Shown one piece after another: positions 28,613 through 39,157 of a DNA stretch of 48,231 nt. The first letter of the stretch is position 1, and each line of letters opens with the position of its first letter. The notes beneath the pieces are model-generated. The model had not been told where the DNA came from, searched no databases, and worked only from the letters and a program-made list of their open reading frames with translations. This DNA comes from Trichomonas gallinae (Eukaryota): contig MRSU01003185.1 in assembly GCA_008369845.1 (NCBI GenBank), positions 1-48,231 on the forward strand, written 5' to 3'. A program made the translations under genes and the position numbers.

Positions 28613-29686
28613 ATGAGTGTTGATAGTATTGGCGATTATCACTTTATTGAAACATCAGCAGATGAAGGAGATTTTTACGTTGCGTATACATTGGAGCATA
28701 TGAAAACAAAGCAAAAGTATTTGGGGTACCTAATACATAGGAAAAAAATGTTATATTCGCCATATATTTCACGTCTAAGAAAAATCCTTGAAATTCAGAG
28801 ATCATGCAATTATCCACTTATACAGCAAATTTACGACGTCATCATTGACGGAGACATGGAATTAATTGTTTTCGAATACAAATATCGACTTTTACTACAA
28901 TTATATTCAAATGGAGAGACAATATTCGAATCAAATGCTAAAAAGATATTCTTTCAAATGGTTTTAGCAGTTAGTTACCTTCACAAAAACTTAATTTCGA
29001 ATTTAGACCTACAGCCAAACGCGTTTTACTTTACACAATCAGGAATAATTAAATTATCGAGCTTTTCATTTTCAAACTACTTCGAACCAGGCTTTTTAAT
29101 TCACGCTGAACCTGGTAATATAAATTATTCTGCACCTGAAGTGTTTAAAGGACCATTTGATTCATTTACAGCGGATATTTGGAGCCTTGGTATGATACTT
29201 TATTCGATGTTAGCAGGCGATTGCCCAATTACAGGCAAAAATTCGGATGAAGTAATCGCGAAATTAAAAGAAATGAAAGAGTTTCCTATACCAACATATT
29301 TTTCAGATGAATCAACAGAATTTCTTCGATTAATTCTTCAAATTGATCCAACAAAACGTCCGAATATAACACAACTAATTGAACATCCATATTTACAATC
29401 TCTTATTTTTACGAAATGCATAATACTACAATCAGATTTGGAAAAATCCAAAGAAAGACTTATTTCTTACGCAAATATGAAATCAATCAAAATAAAAGAA
29501 TTCAAAGACAACAAATACAAGTTTAAATTCAATTTCAACACGGGAAATATTTTTAATTCTGTTATTACATTGCTTAATATTAATAATATTCCAAATCTCA
29601 AAATTGAAGTTTTAGTTTGCGAGAATCAAAATGACCTTACAGATCTTTTAGATGCGTTTCAATATCTACTTGGAAATAAGAATTAG
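28613..29686 (+). CDS. CAMK-like protein kinase, probable pseudokinase
   Basis: YSAPE, DIWSLG, RP.I..L..HP conserved, but no Gly-loop, HRDLK is NLDLQ and DFG is SFS. ATG 28613 after Inr TCATT (28603). Confidence 0.85.
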   Translation: MSVDSIGDYHFIETSADEGDFYVAYTLEHMKTKQKYLGYLIHRKKMLYSPYISRLRKILEIQRSCNYPLIQQIYDVIIDGDMELIVFEYKYRLLLQLYSNGETIFESNAKKIFFQMVLAVSYLHKNLISNLDLQPNAFYFTQSGIIKLSSFSFSNYFEPGFLIHAEPGNINYSAPEVFKGPFDSFTADIWSLGMILYSMLAGDCPITGKNSDEVIAKLKEMKEFPIPTYFSDESTEFLRLILQIDPTKRPNITQLIEHPYLQSLIFTKCIILQSDLEKSKERLISYANMKSIKIKEFKDNKYKFKFNFNTGNIFNSVITLLNINNIPNLKIEVLVCENQNDLTDLLDAFQYLLGNKN

Positions 29687-30076
29687 TAATTCTTATTTTT
29701 GCGAATAAAAATTTGTATGTATTTTTCTTCAACACAAGTTTACAGAGAGCATAAGTTTTTCTAAAAAGAATTCATTGATTTCAGGAAAGAAATTTGAAAA
29801 TTTTAATATATATAAACAATATCAAAATAAATCTAATAGTAATTTGCATTAATATCATTAAAATGTCCGTATTTCTAATCAAACATTTACCAAATTCTTG
29901 ATATTCGATTTTTGATAATTTAATTGAACAAATTATTTGTAGTATAAATTGGCATAATGAAAATTGAGTAATTTGAAGCTTTCGTCGTGTTTTTGTTGAT
30001 TGTTTTATTTTTGAAATATTTTGAGGATAGTCTGATATTTTATTAGTATTATTTAAGGAAATTGCTCTATTATGTT

Positions 30077-30577
30077 TTATTGCGGAGTTTGAGATCTTTT
30101 GATAACTTTTTTCGATATAAAGTAGAATAGTGCTATAACTGACATGATTATTACGATTTCTTTTATCTCCATTTTCTCAGGTTTCTTTGTGAAAAGATAA
30201 GTTTCGAATTTTCTTGTTTTTGTACCAATTAAAGTAACATCTACAGCATATTGAGAATAAAATTCCACAATAATTTGGTAGTTTTCGTTGATTTTTGCGA
30301 AACCGTAGTAGTGATTTGTTGAGAAATTTGCAAAATCCATTTCGAATGTTGTATTTTTGTACCGAATTCGTGCAGAATAATCTTTAGTTACATTAATATC
30401 TAATAAGTTATCATATAACACTGCTTCAAAGCGCCTGTATCCTAAAGTTATAAAATAGAGAACTAGTTTTTCGTGAGGATAAATGCACGACCAGTTTCCA
30501 GCAATAGAAAGCGGCAAATTGAACTTTTTAGGCGTAAAAATAGAACACCTAGCCGCAGCTAATATCAAAAATATCAT
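30077..30577 (-). CDS. Hypothetical type-I membrane protein
   Basis: Signal peptide MIFLILAAARC, beta-rich ectodomain, C-terminal TM helix then basic tail. Confidence 0.75.
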   Translation of the reverse strand: MIFLILAAARCSIFTPKKFNLPLSIAGNWSCIYPHEKLVLYFITLGYRRFEAVLYDNLLDINVTKDYSARIRYKNTTFEMDFANFSTNHYYGFAKINENYQIIVEFYSQYAVDVTLIGTKTRKFETYLFTKKPEKMEIKEIVIIMSVIALFYFISKKVIKRSQTPQ

Positions 30578-30599
30578 TTTAAATCTATGACAAAACTTG

Positions 30600-30820
30600 C
30601 AAATTTACTTGCCAATTTTTATAATTTACATGTCATAAACTATAATTATTCCTTCAAAATCAAAATTTACATTTCAAAATATACATAACATAAACAATAA
30701 CTATAAAATGAAAATTACAATTTACATATCAAATTTTTATTATTTACATGACATTAACGATAATTATAAATTGAAAAATAAAATTTACATTACAATTTTT
30801 ACAATTTACATGACAAGAGT
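30600..30820. repeat. 118-bp degenerate duplication rich in ATTTACAT units
   Basis: TTTACATGTCA/TTTACATGACA at 30625 and 30743; TTTACAT at 30666 and 30784; extra copies at 30721 and 30805. Confidence 0.6.
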
Positions 30821-31076
30821 TTGACCAGTGAAAATTTTTCTCTACACCACGTTATTCATTCAATATCGACCAATAATGAGTCATATTCAAATTCCCAATC
30901 AATTGACTTACACGAAACCGATCAAATACAATATAATCTCAAAAATCGGCCATTGCGCGTTTTACATGACAAATCGATACTTTATTTGCCAATCCGTCAA
31001 ATTTGAGAAGTTAGTCACACCCGTAAATCTACATTTTGACAAGTCTACCGCTGACGATAATAAACAAACAAATTAG

Positions 31077-31676
31077 ATGAAGTGTACTTTTCGCTCTGTT
31101 ATGATCGGCGATAGTGCCGTCGGAAAAACATCCATTGTCAATAGATTTTTGAGAAATAGCTTCGATCAATCAGAACCGAGCACAATCGGCGCATTATACG
31201 AATCACATAATGAAACAAGAAATGGAAAACCAATAGAATTGCAGATCTGGGATACAGCTGGACAAGAACAGTACAGAAGTCTTGGTCCAATTTACTTCAG
31301 AAGCTCTGCAGGCGCGATTTTGGTGTTCGATATCACTAATCAGAAATCTTTCGATAATTTAGAGGAATGGCTCAACTTTTACCGTAATGCAGGATGCGAA
31401 AATACTGTCGTTATGATCGTAGGAAACAAAAATGATCTCACCGATCAAAGAGTTGTCACTGCTGAGCAGGGCCAGACTTGGGCAACGGCACATGGATGTA
31501 CATACATGGAAACGTCCGCTTTACTCGGTATGGGTATCAAATCGCTTTTCAAGACTTTTATCGATCAGCTCTTAGCTCAGTTCGAAGAAGAGCACGAAAA
31601 GAGACAGTCTAAGATGCCAAAGAGTGCTACAGGACTTCCTCCTCCAGCCAAAGAACAAAAATCTGGATGCTGTTAG
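31077..31676 (+). CDS. Rab-family small GTPase
   Basis: GDSAVGKT, STIGA, IWDTAGQEQYRSL, GNKND, ETSA, C-terminal GCC. Confidence 0.95.
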   Translation: MKCTFRSVMIGDSAVGKTSIVNRFLRNSFDQSEPSTIGALYESHNETRNGKPIELQIWDTAGQEQYRSLGPIYFRSSAGAILVFDITNQKSFDNLEEWLNFYRNAGCENTVVMIVGNKNDLTDQRVVTAEQGQTWATAHGCTYMETSALLGMGIKSLFKTFIDQLLAQFEEEHEKRQSKMPKSATGLPPPAKEQKSGCC

Positions 31677-32004
31677 ATTTGTTTATCTGTCATTATTTTT
31701 AACATTAAATATGAGATTAGAATTGTCCCACTAGAAGTCTATTCATTTTTCAAACAAATTCTTTTTTTTTCATATTTTTTTTGACAATTTTCAAGTTTCA
31801 AGCAAAGCCACTTCATGCACTTAATCACACAAAATATCTTTGTATTTTCATTCATATAATATTTTTGAGATTTTATTATTCAAATTGATTAAATAATTTC
31901 CATGAGTACGGACCTTATATATACTCACCATTGATTGCAAAGGTTATTAAGTAAATTAATCAAAAATATGATATTATTTCATATAAAACACACAAACATA
32001 TTTA

Positions 32005-33177
32005 TTATTGGGAATGATTAATCTTTTCTAATAGAACAGACTTCATCTGTTCAACAAATTCTTCAACAGGAGGAATTTTTGGCTTCGCTTTTTCTCTTGT
32101 AACGATTTTTTTCTTTGAAGCGGATCTTTTAAGCCTCATTGGTGGATTAGGTGTAGAAACTACAGTAGCACGAGCAGAAAGCGGAAGTCCCATCAAATCA
32201 TTTTCATTATCAAGGAGACTCTTGAATCCTGCATTCATATTATTGATTTCTTCGTCTCCAATTTGTTGCAGGAGCTCTATTTCTCTCGTAAGTTGAGCAT
32301 TTTTCTGTTTTAATAATGTAACTATTGATTCTTGTTCTTTTACATCTTTCGATAGAAGCTCTGCTTCTTTCTGGAGTTGAAGGTTTCTTTCATGCTCACT
32401 TTTAAGTTGAGTTTCGATATCTCTAGTTTCATGCTCAACTTTATCTGCTTCTTGATTGAATTTATCAATGACTTCGTTTACTGGTAAATACGACGAGTAA
32501 GAATAAATTTCACCTAGTAATTTTTCCATGTGAGGATTATATCTATCTAGCACGACTTTCTCTGTAAACGCGTTGCTCTTTGATAGCGACATTTTGAAGC
32601 TTCCTATTCTCATTAGGACTTGGGAATTTAGCTCGCGCAATTCGTCCATAATCGGCTTTTTATCTTTTTGGCTGTCTACTTCGTTTATTTGTTGCTCTTG
32701 GGGTCTTGATCTCAGGAGAGCTTCATTAAGTTCCTCCTTCAGCTTGTTCATATCGAGTTTTAACTGCACTTTTCGTTGAACTGATTGCTCCATTAAATCG
32801 CCATAAGATTGAAGCATTTGATCGCGCTGTCTTTCAAGTCTTTTTTGTCGTGCAAGTAGTAATGCATTCTTATCGGACATAATTAAAAGCTCTTCGTTGA
32901 ATAAATCTGGAGATGATGATGGTTGTTGTTGCTGCTCAACTCTTGAGTGCCCGTGAATTTGATGGATGCTTTTAATGACAGGTTCTGTCCTTATTTCTTT
33001 TGTCGTAAGCTCTGCCTCTTTGCGCTTTAACAGAGAATACGATGGTTTTTCAATAGGCTGGTTAGATTGAGTGCCAAAAAGCTTTGCTCCAAGTGCAAGC
33101 ATGGCATCTTTGTCGTGAGGCGTGCTTAAATAACTCGCGTATTTTTCTAAAACTTGCGCAAAATCAGATTCTGTCAT
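32005..33177 (-). CDS. Hypothetical coiled-coil protein
   Basis: 390-aa ORF with E/K/Q/L heptads; GTCACTTT Inr-containing motif at 33184-33191 on the minus strand. Confidence 0.8.
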   Translation of the reverse strand: MTESDFAQVLEKYASYLSTPHDKDAMLALGAKLFGTQSNQPIEKPSYSLLKRKEAELTTKEIRTEPVIKSIHQIHGHSRVEQQQQPSSSPDLFNEELLIMSDKNALLLARQKRLERQRDQMLQSYGDLMEQSVQRKVQLKLDMNKLKEELNEALLRSRPQEQQINEVDSQKDKKPIMDELRELNSQVLMRIGSFKMSLSKSNAFTEKVVLDRYNPHMEKLLGEIYSYSSYLPVNEVIDKFNQEADKVEHETRDIETQLKSEHERNLQLQKEAELLSKDVKEQESIVTLLKQKNAQLTREIELLQQIGDEEINNMNAGFKSLLDNENDLMGLPLSARATVVSTPNPPMRLKRSASKKKIVTREKAKPKIPPVEEFVEQMKSVLLEKINHSQ

Positions 33178-33339
33178 TTTGTAAAAGTGACGAAAATCGT
33201 TTTTTAATTATAACTAAAATAACTCTTGATATATGATCTACACATCCATAATTTCACTTTTTATAATATAATTATAGCATTTTCCCTTATTTTTAATAAA
33301 AATTTCGATGCATTCATTCTTATATTTCATAATAACTTA

Positions 33340-33480
33340 TTTGTATGCATACTCCTTCTCACAGTTCCTGGAATCGATGTCAACACAAAAGATGATTACC
33401 ACAGAACAGCATTGATTATGACTTCAGAAAATGATCAGAATGAAGTCGTAAAAATGTTGAAAGAACATGATGCAATTTAA
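33340..33480 (+). pseudogene. Ankyrin-repeat gene fragment
   Basis: LLLTVPGIDVNTKDDYHRTALIMTSENDQNEVVKMLKEHDAI* is a terminal ankyrin repeat; upstream part is AT-rich with only a TTG start. Confidence 0.65.
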
Positions 33481-33955
33481 TTAAATGATATTAACTTTAT
33501 TAATTATTCCTATTTTGATGAAATTCCCGACAAAAAGTCAACAGATGAATTTTAATTAAGCTTTCTAAATTATTCGATTTTAAAAAAACATCGGCTAATT
33601 CATGATTAACTTCATTTTCTTTCATATTCAAAAAAGTCTCGCAGCTGTGAATTTGCATCTGTGTTCATCCATTATCCATCAGTCTCAAACAATAAAACCA
33701 TTACCACTGACAGAGCATATCAATATAAATTCATTTTTGCAAATACATCTTTAGTAAATTTCGAAGGTTTTGGCACTTTTGTTTAATATATTAATAATAA
33801 AAGGTTAATCAAGTCGTCTTAGAGATGAATAATGAGTTACATATCTTGCCATCAAGATACTTAAATATATGGGGCATAACATGTATATATCCAGTATTTA
33901 TAACTTGTTAAGTCTACACAATTGACAGATAAAAAAGACACAATAAAAATCATAA

Positions 33956-33982
33956 AAAGTGACAAATCTCTTTAAAAGTGAC
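33956..33982 (+). promoter_or_regulatory. Tandem AAAGTGAC (M2-like) core promoter motifs
   Basis: AAAGTGAC at 33956 and 33975, ending 2 nt before ATG 33985. The same motif precedes the Rab (11241-11248, minus), Vps55 (34731-34738, minus) and TMEM181-like (42271) genes. Confidence 0.65.
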
Positions 33983-33984
33983 AG

Positions 33985-34275
33985 ATGCCAAAGCAAGTTC
34001 TCACTGCGAGGCAGTTCATTGACAGATGCCATGCTCCAGACGCTAAAAACGTTACAATTCTCCGTGTCGACGATGATACAGCGAAATTCAAGCTAAAAAC
34101 AACAAAGCAGTTATTCACGTTAACAGTTAAGAAAGGCGACATCATACAACAAGTCATTGATGCATTACCTGATAAGTTCCGTGAGAATGAATCACTTATT
34201 GTAGACAAAAAGAAGAAAGTGGATCCTTATTTCCAAGTCGAAGAACAAAATCAAGAAGAGCAACAGCAGCAGTAA
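33985..34275 (+). CDS. RPL38: Ribosomal protein eL38-like, divergent, with Q/E-rich tail
   Basis: MPKQV....F......DAK.V.I......KFKLKT.KQLFTL.V.......IDALP follows the eL38 pattern. Confidence 0.8.
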   Translation: MPKQVLTARQFIDRCHAPDAKNVTILRVDDDTAKFKLKTTKQLFTLTVKKGDIIQQVIDALPDKFRENESLIVDKKKKVDPYFQVEEQNQEEQQQQ

Positions 34276-34339
34276 ATGTTATAGTGTTTAAATATGTTGG
34301 TTAATAAAATATAATACAGTTTTTTTACTTATAAATATT

Positions 34340-34723
34340 TCAAAATCCGGAATCTTGTGATAATCTCTTGTGCATACAGCTGTAAATCCAATATCCAATG
34401 ACTTGGAGTATAATACCAGCAATGATGATGCCGAGAGAAATTTCTTTAATTGTTTTGTTGTGGAACAAAATTAATGGAACTCCAATCGAGCAGATGAGTC
34501 CTACACCAAGGAAGTAATTGAAGACATCAACTGTGAGAAGACCTTCCTCATGCAGGCCATCGCTGTACGTATCTGCTAAGAATTGGCAAATCAACGCGAA
34601 AATTGTTGGCGCAAGTGTGATAATTGGGTACGCATTCTTGTCCAGAAGGCAGCCCGCAATAATCATGGCAAGTTCTATCGTAAGGAAAACACCAAGTAAT
34701 ATATATGGTGCCGCTTGTATCAT
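34340..34723 (-). CDS. VPS55: Vps55/LEPROT-family small membrane protein
   Basis: Four TM helices; MIIAGCLLDKNAYP and FL.VG....IGVPLILFH..TI motifs. ATG 34723 lies 7 nt after AAAGTGAC. Confidence 0.7.
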   Translation of the reverse strand: MIQAAPYILLGVFLTIELAMIIAGCLLDKNAYPIITLAPTIFALICQFLADTYSDGLHEEGLLTVDVFNYFLGVGLICSIGVPLILFHNKTIKEISLGIIIAGIILQVIGYWIYSCMHKRLSQDSGF

Positions 34724-34789
34724 TTTTGATGTCACTTTTGAATCACCGGAAAATTTCATTTTTTAACCTTATTTTAAAATTCCTAAGGT

Positions 34790-35075
34790 TTTTATTGAGT
34801 ACTACACTTTTCCGGTTACTAATCGTGAAAATAGGATATTCTTCCTATTATATGATTTTGCTTTGCTCAAAACACTTCTGAAAGTCGCACTGGACATTCT
34901 ATTTAAAGTGTTGACATTCTAACTTTGTAAAGTGTCAGATCGTCAAAAATCAAAATGAATAGACAGGCATTTCTCATGTAGCTTTCTCCCATATCCAGTG
35001 TGTAAATAGGTGTGCCTACAGTGATAAAATTTTTAGGAATTAAAAAGATTTTCCTATGCCTAAATTTCATAAAAT
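34790..35075 (-). pseudogene. Possible decayed Ras-family GTPase gene
   Basis: Minus strand gives ..YTLDMGESYMRNACLFILIFD.., then in another frame DFQKCFEQSKII**EEYPIFTISN. This is collinear with Ras (ILD..QYMR....F..VF...EQI.RVK....P.VLVGNK). Confidence 0.35.
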
Positions 35076-35429
35076 TAAACACTTTTTTTTGCATTTTTCA
35101 GCTCTGTCGGATAACTGTTTTATTTGACACGTAAAACACAAATTTGACGTGTAACAGGTCGGATATGTGCTGCATTTGACATGTAAAATGGGATATTTGA
35201 AATCTATACAGAAGTTTTCATATCATGATATATGCACTTAATAAATATTTACATTTTACCAATAGGAATCGAATAAACATGGCTTCATTTAAAAATATTA
35301 TTCATTTTTTCATCAATTAATTTCTAATAATTAGTTATGTTTAGATTGATTTGGTTGTATAAATATATTCTTTATGAGCTATTCTTTTCATATATTAAAG
35401 ATAATATGTACATTTTTTAGAATTGTTTA

Positions 35430-36782
35430 ATGTGCACTTTAGATCATATTCAAAAATATATTGAAATAGAAGAAAATATTTGGAATTTGGTCGACAATCT
35501 AGAAGAAGTGATAGATCAATATCTAGAAACAAACGAAAGGCATGTTGAAAGAATCGAATTTTTAATTGCATCTGCAGCACTTAACAGACCAATCAATTTA
35601 ATTAAATATTATAGAATACTATACAGATTAGAAGAGTTTTATGGATATCTTTCAAGTACTTGCCGATTAATATTAAATCAAGATATTTATTATTGCTGTG
35701 ATGATGAAAAATATGAACTTAAAAGCTTATATGAAAGTAGTACATTAGAAAATTTAGTGATAAATGATGACGTAGCAACATTTTTAGAAAAATTAGAAAA
35801 CAATGATCCAATTTATTTAAGTTTCTTTACTCATAGACAAGAAAATATTCCAATAACCGATGCAGCAGCATATTTCGGATCATTAAACATATTTAAAGCT
35901 TTGATATTGAATAAGTTTCAAATAACATCAGAAACATTCACGAAAGCGATCATTGGAGGAAATTACGAGATTGTTCACTTATGTGAACGATTAATCACAA
36001 ACATGAGACAGTCAATTAACCAAGCTGTTATTTCCCATAGAAATGAAATCTTAGATTGGCTGCTAGAAAGAAGTGATGAAGACGAAATTGATGCGAGTTT
36101 AATTATTTCTTCAGGAAACAACATTTTGATTGAATCAAAAAACATTAATTATCAATGCAACGATGTTCTCTTAGAAGCAGTCAAGATCGATCATAACTTC
36201 TTAAATTTAATAATGCAAAAGAGTAATTTTGAGCATAACGAGGTCATGAAATGTTTAGAATATTCTATTTCTACGAATGATATTGATTCTTTTAATGTAT
36301 TATTGAAACATTGCAGTCTTACAGACGAAGATATCATGATGAGTAGCATAAGCAATACAGACTTCTTTAAGATCAAATATGAGGAACTTGAAAAAGATTC
36401 GGATGATTTTGTTGATATTGTCAAAAATTGCCTTGCAAAATCAATTGAGCAAAATTCTCAAATTTTTAGGTATTTGGCCGACAAATGCTTTAATCTTTCA
36501 TTTGTCAATGATAATAATGAAACTCTGCTATTTGACGCAGCAAGGAGATGCCATGATACATCTATTATTGAATATTTAGTCAGAAGAGGACTAGATGTAA
36601 ATCAGCAAAATTCGAGTGGAGATACTCCATTAATAGTGGCTGTTATGAATGAAAATTTATCAATTCTCTCAGTGCTTATTCGGTCTGGTGCTGATGCTTT
36701 AATTACTAACAACAAAGGAGAATCTGCTATTACTTTCGCCAAAAATAACCAACAAATTCTACGAATCCTCAGTAATCTATGA
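35430..36782 (+). CDS. Ankyrin-repeat protein (trichomonad DUF3447-like N-terminal region)
   Basis: AAYFGSLNIFK.L, AIIGGNYEIVHL, AVISHRNEILDWL; C-terminal ankyrin repeats (GDTPLIVAV, GADALITNNKGESA). Confidence 0.9.
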   Translation: MCTLDHIQKYIEIEENIWNLVDNLEEVIDQYLETNERHVERIEFLIASAALNRPINLIKYYRILYRLEEFYGYLSSTCRLILNQDIYYCCDDEKYELKSLYESSTLENLVINDDVATFLEKLENNDPIYLSFFTHRQENIPITDAAAYFGSLNIFKALILNKFQITSETFTKAIIGGNYEIVHLCERLITNMRQSINQAVISHRNEILDWLLERSDEDEIDASLIISSGNNILIESKNINYQCNDVLLEAVKIDHNFLNLIMQKSNFEHNEVMKCLEYSISTNDIDSFNVLLKHCSLTDEDIMMSSISNTDFFKIKYEELEKDSDDFVDIVKNCLAKSIEQNSQIFRYLADKCFNLSFVNDNNETLLFDAARRCHDTSIIEYLVRRGLDVNQQNSSGDTPLIVAVMNENLSILSVLIRSGADALITNNKGESAITFAKNNQQILRILSNL

Positions 36783-36825
36783 ACAATCTATAAAATCTCC
36801 ATCGAGGCGTTAGCATCTCATGTTA

Positions 36826-37080
36826 GGAGTGTAAGTTCATTGGAAATATAATAGGCTCAGCTTTATTTTTCCAATAAGGTCGCAGATTCAAGTCCCGAAA
36901 CAAAGTACTTTTATAACAGAATGTAAAAGAAGGAAAGTTTGAATAAATACATCATGCGGAAATCTATTTCAAGCAATACGGGTTAGTATGAAACGCATGG
37001 CGTGCAATCATTGCTTATATTGGATGATGGCGCTTGAATATTATGATCTAATAAGTTTGAATTCAAATCTACGGGCGCGA
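36826..37080 (+). pseudogene. Two possible degenerate tRNA relics
   Basis: A-box-like TAAGTTCATTGG (36832) with AGGTCGCAGATTCAAGTCCC (36877-36896); and TTGCTTATATTGG (37011) with GAATTCAAATCT..GGGCGCGA (37059-37080). Acceptor stems do not pair. Confidence 0.3.
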
Positions 37081-37364
37081 ACGTATTTCAAAAATGTTCG
37101 CAAACTTTCATTACTAGACTTATGTGTATTTTATTTTTAAAATAATTTAATACTTTGAGTTAAAAATAATCGTATCTGATTATTGAGATTTTTGATAGAC
37201 GATTATATTTTTTGACATCGAGTATTTCGTTTAATTAAAATGTTATCCATATAAATACAGCGCAATAAAATTCAGTCAATAATACCGCACTTCTCAATTT
37301 TTGCGAACAAAAAAGTGATTGTACTTAATCAAAATTTTTGCCTCTTTAACAAAAAGCGCCATCA

Positions 37365-37660
37365 GTCAAATCGTTACACTTATTATTGATTTATTAGCAT
37401 AATCATTATGTCTTTCATATGCAATGGAAATTTAAATAATGTCAATTCTACTGCTTTTTCAGTCAATTTAGATAACAATAAAATGAAAAAATTCTGTTAT
37501 ATCGATAGTTCTTTTATGATATATATATGAATTTAAAATAGTCCATATTTTCAAACAAATCGTTACACTCAAAATATTTATGTTAGCACTATGATTATGA
37601 GTTTGAAATGAAGTACAAATTAAAATAATGTAAAGTCTGCAGCTTTTTCAGGAATTTCAT
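37365..37660. repeat. Degenerate duplication, 189-bp period
   Basis: CAAATCGTTACACT at 37367 and 37556; TTAGCA, AAATAATGT and GCTTTTTCAG collinear in both copies. Confidence 0.75.
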
Positions 37661-38065
37661 GTATGGTAATAAAATTTCAGTCAAATATTGATAATTGATA
37701 GATCCTTAAATAAAAAAAAAACTTACCGAATTTAGAAATTTTTGAATTAACAATAAGAATAAGTATGTTGTTCGATATTTATGTATTAACAGATAATGAT
37801 GTTTAAAAAATAAATCTAACATTGATCGGTCTATGAAAAATTTGGAAATTCAATTTTATTAAAACGACAAACAAACCATAATATAATAATGATAAATAAT
37901 AAGAATACATCAAAAAATAACAAATTTAAAGAAAAAATTATTTTTGTGAAAATCAATGTATTATATGATGAGTTGTATAATTTTAGGTCAAATTTTTGGA
38001 TCATTGAAACATTCAAATTTTTCAATTAGAAATTTTTGAATTTTTTTTTCATTTTAAAATTTTTT

Positions 38066-39157
38066 ATGTCTGAAGTCTTGTTCTACGTAGACATAATCGA
38101 ATATTATGCCAGCAACAAGAAGAAGTCCAAATTACCAAATGGTGTTCACGAGAAGTTCTCATTCCAAGGATCATACGGAATTCCAACATTTAAACTCCTA
38201 AAGTACAAAAATCAGAGAATATTATGGTTCAGGGGTACAAAAGTCACATCATGGAATGACTTATACATAGATTTCAATGGCTTTGATGTTCCTTTCCTTG
38301 ACGGTTATTGCCATAAAGGATATCTTGAAGGTGCAAAAAAAGTTATTGAAATGGTTTCCCCATTCTTACAGAAGGATCAGAATATTACATGTGTGGGCCA
38401 CTCATTGGGCGGCGCTTGCGCTACAGTTGTTTCTATGATATTAAAATACCAAATGGGATATACAGATGTCCATGCAATGACAATTGGCACACCAGGAATC
38501 TTAAGCAAGAACTTAGCCGAGAAAATTAGAGGATTTGTAACAACATTTGTTCGTCAAAAAGATCCAATTCCACGCATGTTCAATTGTAAGGAGAATATTT
38601 ACAAGCTCACTAAGTACCAGCTTCCAGATAACCCATCAGAAGAAGAAAGCTCCGATTCCGAGCCGATAAATAACAGCGCAGTAAGTAATAACCCAGATTC
38701 AATCGGAAACAGAGTCCCAGGCAGAGTTATTATCATCGAAAAAACCGATAACGGACCAAATCTTAGGAAACCGATTGAAGATGATTTTATATTCAAATCT
38801 TCCATGAGATTTATGTCACATTGCCACCTCAAGTACCACAGAGACCTCCATATCATCTTCAAAGGATTGGAGGGTGTTGACTCAAATGAAGCAGAAGGCC
38901 AAAAAAACAAAAGTGATTTTGCTTTCAGGAAAAATACAGGAACATCATATGCTGTTATCGGAACAGCAGGTGCTGTAGCAACAGCAACACTCGGAGCAAC
39001 GCTTGGTGTCCCCGGTTTGCTTATTGCTGGAGTTGGAACTGGAATCGCATTGGGTGTACAGAAATACAGGAGAAACAAGAACAAGATTCATGCTACAATA
39101 GCTGAAGATGATGAAGAAGAACAATGCGAAGAATGTCCAACTCAATTAGTAGAATAG
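38066..39157 (+). CDS. Class 3 lipase (alpha/beta hydrolase)
   Basis: FRGT, CHKGY, VGHSLGG nucleophile elbow, DPIPR, late His; Gly/Ala-rich hydrophobic C-terminal segment. ATG 38066 after TCATT. Confidence 0.92.
   Translation: MSEVLFYVDIIEYYASNKKKSKLPNGVHEKFSFQGSYGIPTFKLLKYKNQRILWFRGTKVTSWNDLYIDFNGFDVPFLDGYCHKGYLEGAKKVIEMVSPFLQKDQNITCVGHSLGGACATVVSMILKYQMGYTDVHAMTIGTPGILSKNLAEKIRGFVTTFVRQKDPIPRMFNCKENIYKLTKYQLPDNPSEEESSDSEPINNSAVSNNPDSIGNRVPGRVIIIEKTDNGPNLRKPIEDDFIFKSSMRFMSHCHLKYHRDLHIIFKGLEGVDSNEAEGQKNKSDFAFRKNTGTSYAVIGTAGAVATATLGATLGVPGLLIAGVGTGIALGVQKYRRNKNKIHATIAEDDEEEQCEECPTQLVE

Noticed and set aside
30821..31076. Small plus-strand ORFs before the Rab gene
   Set aside because: Non-ATG starts; overlap promoter-type motif repeats.
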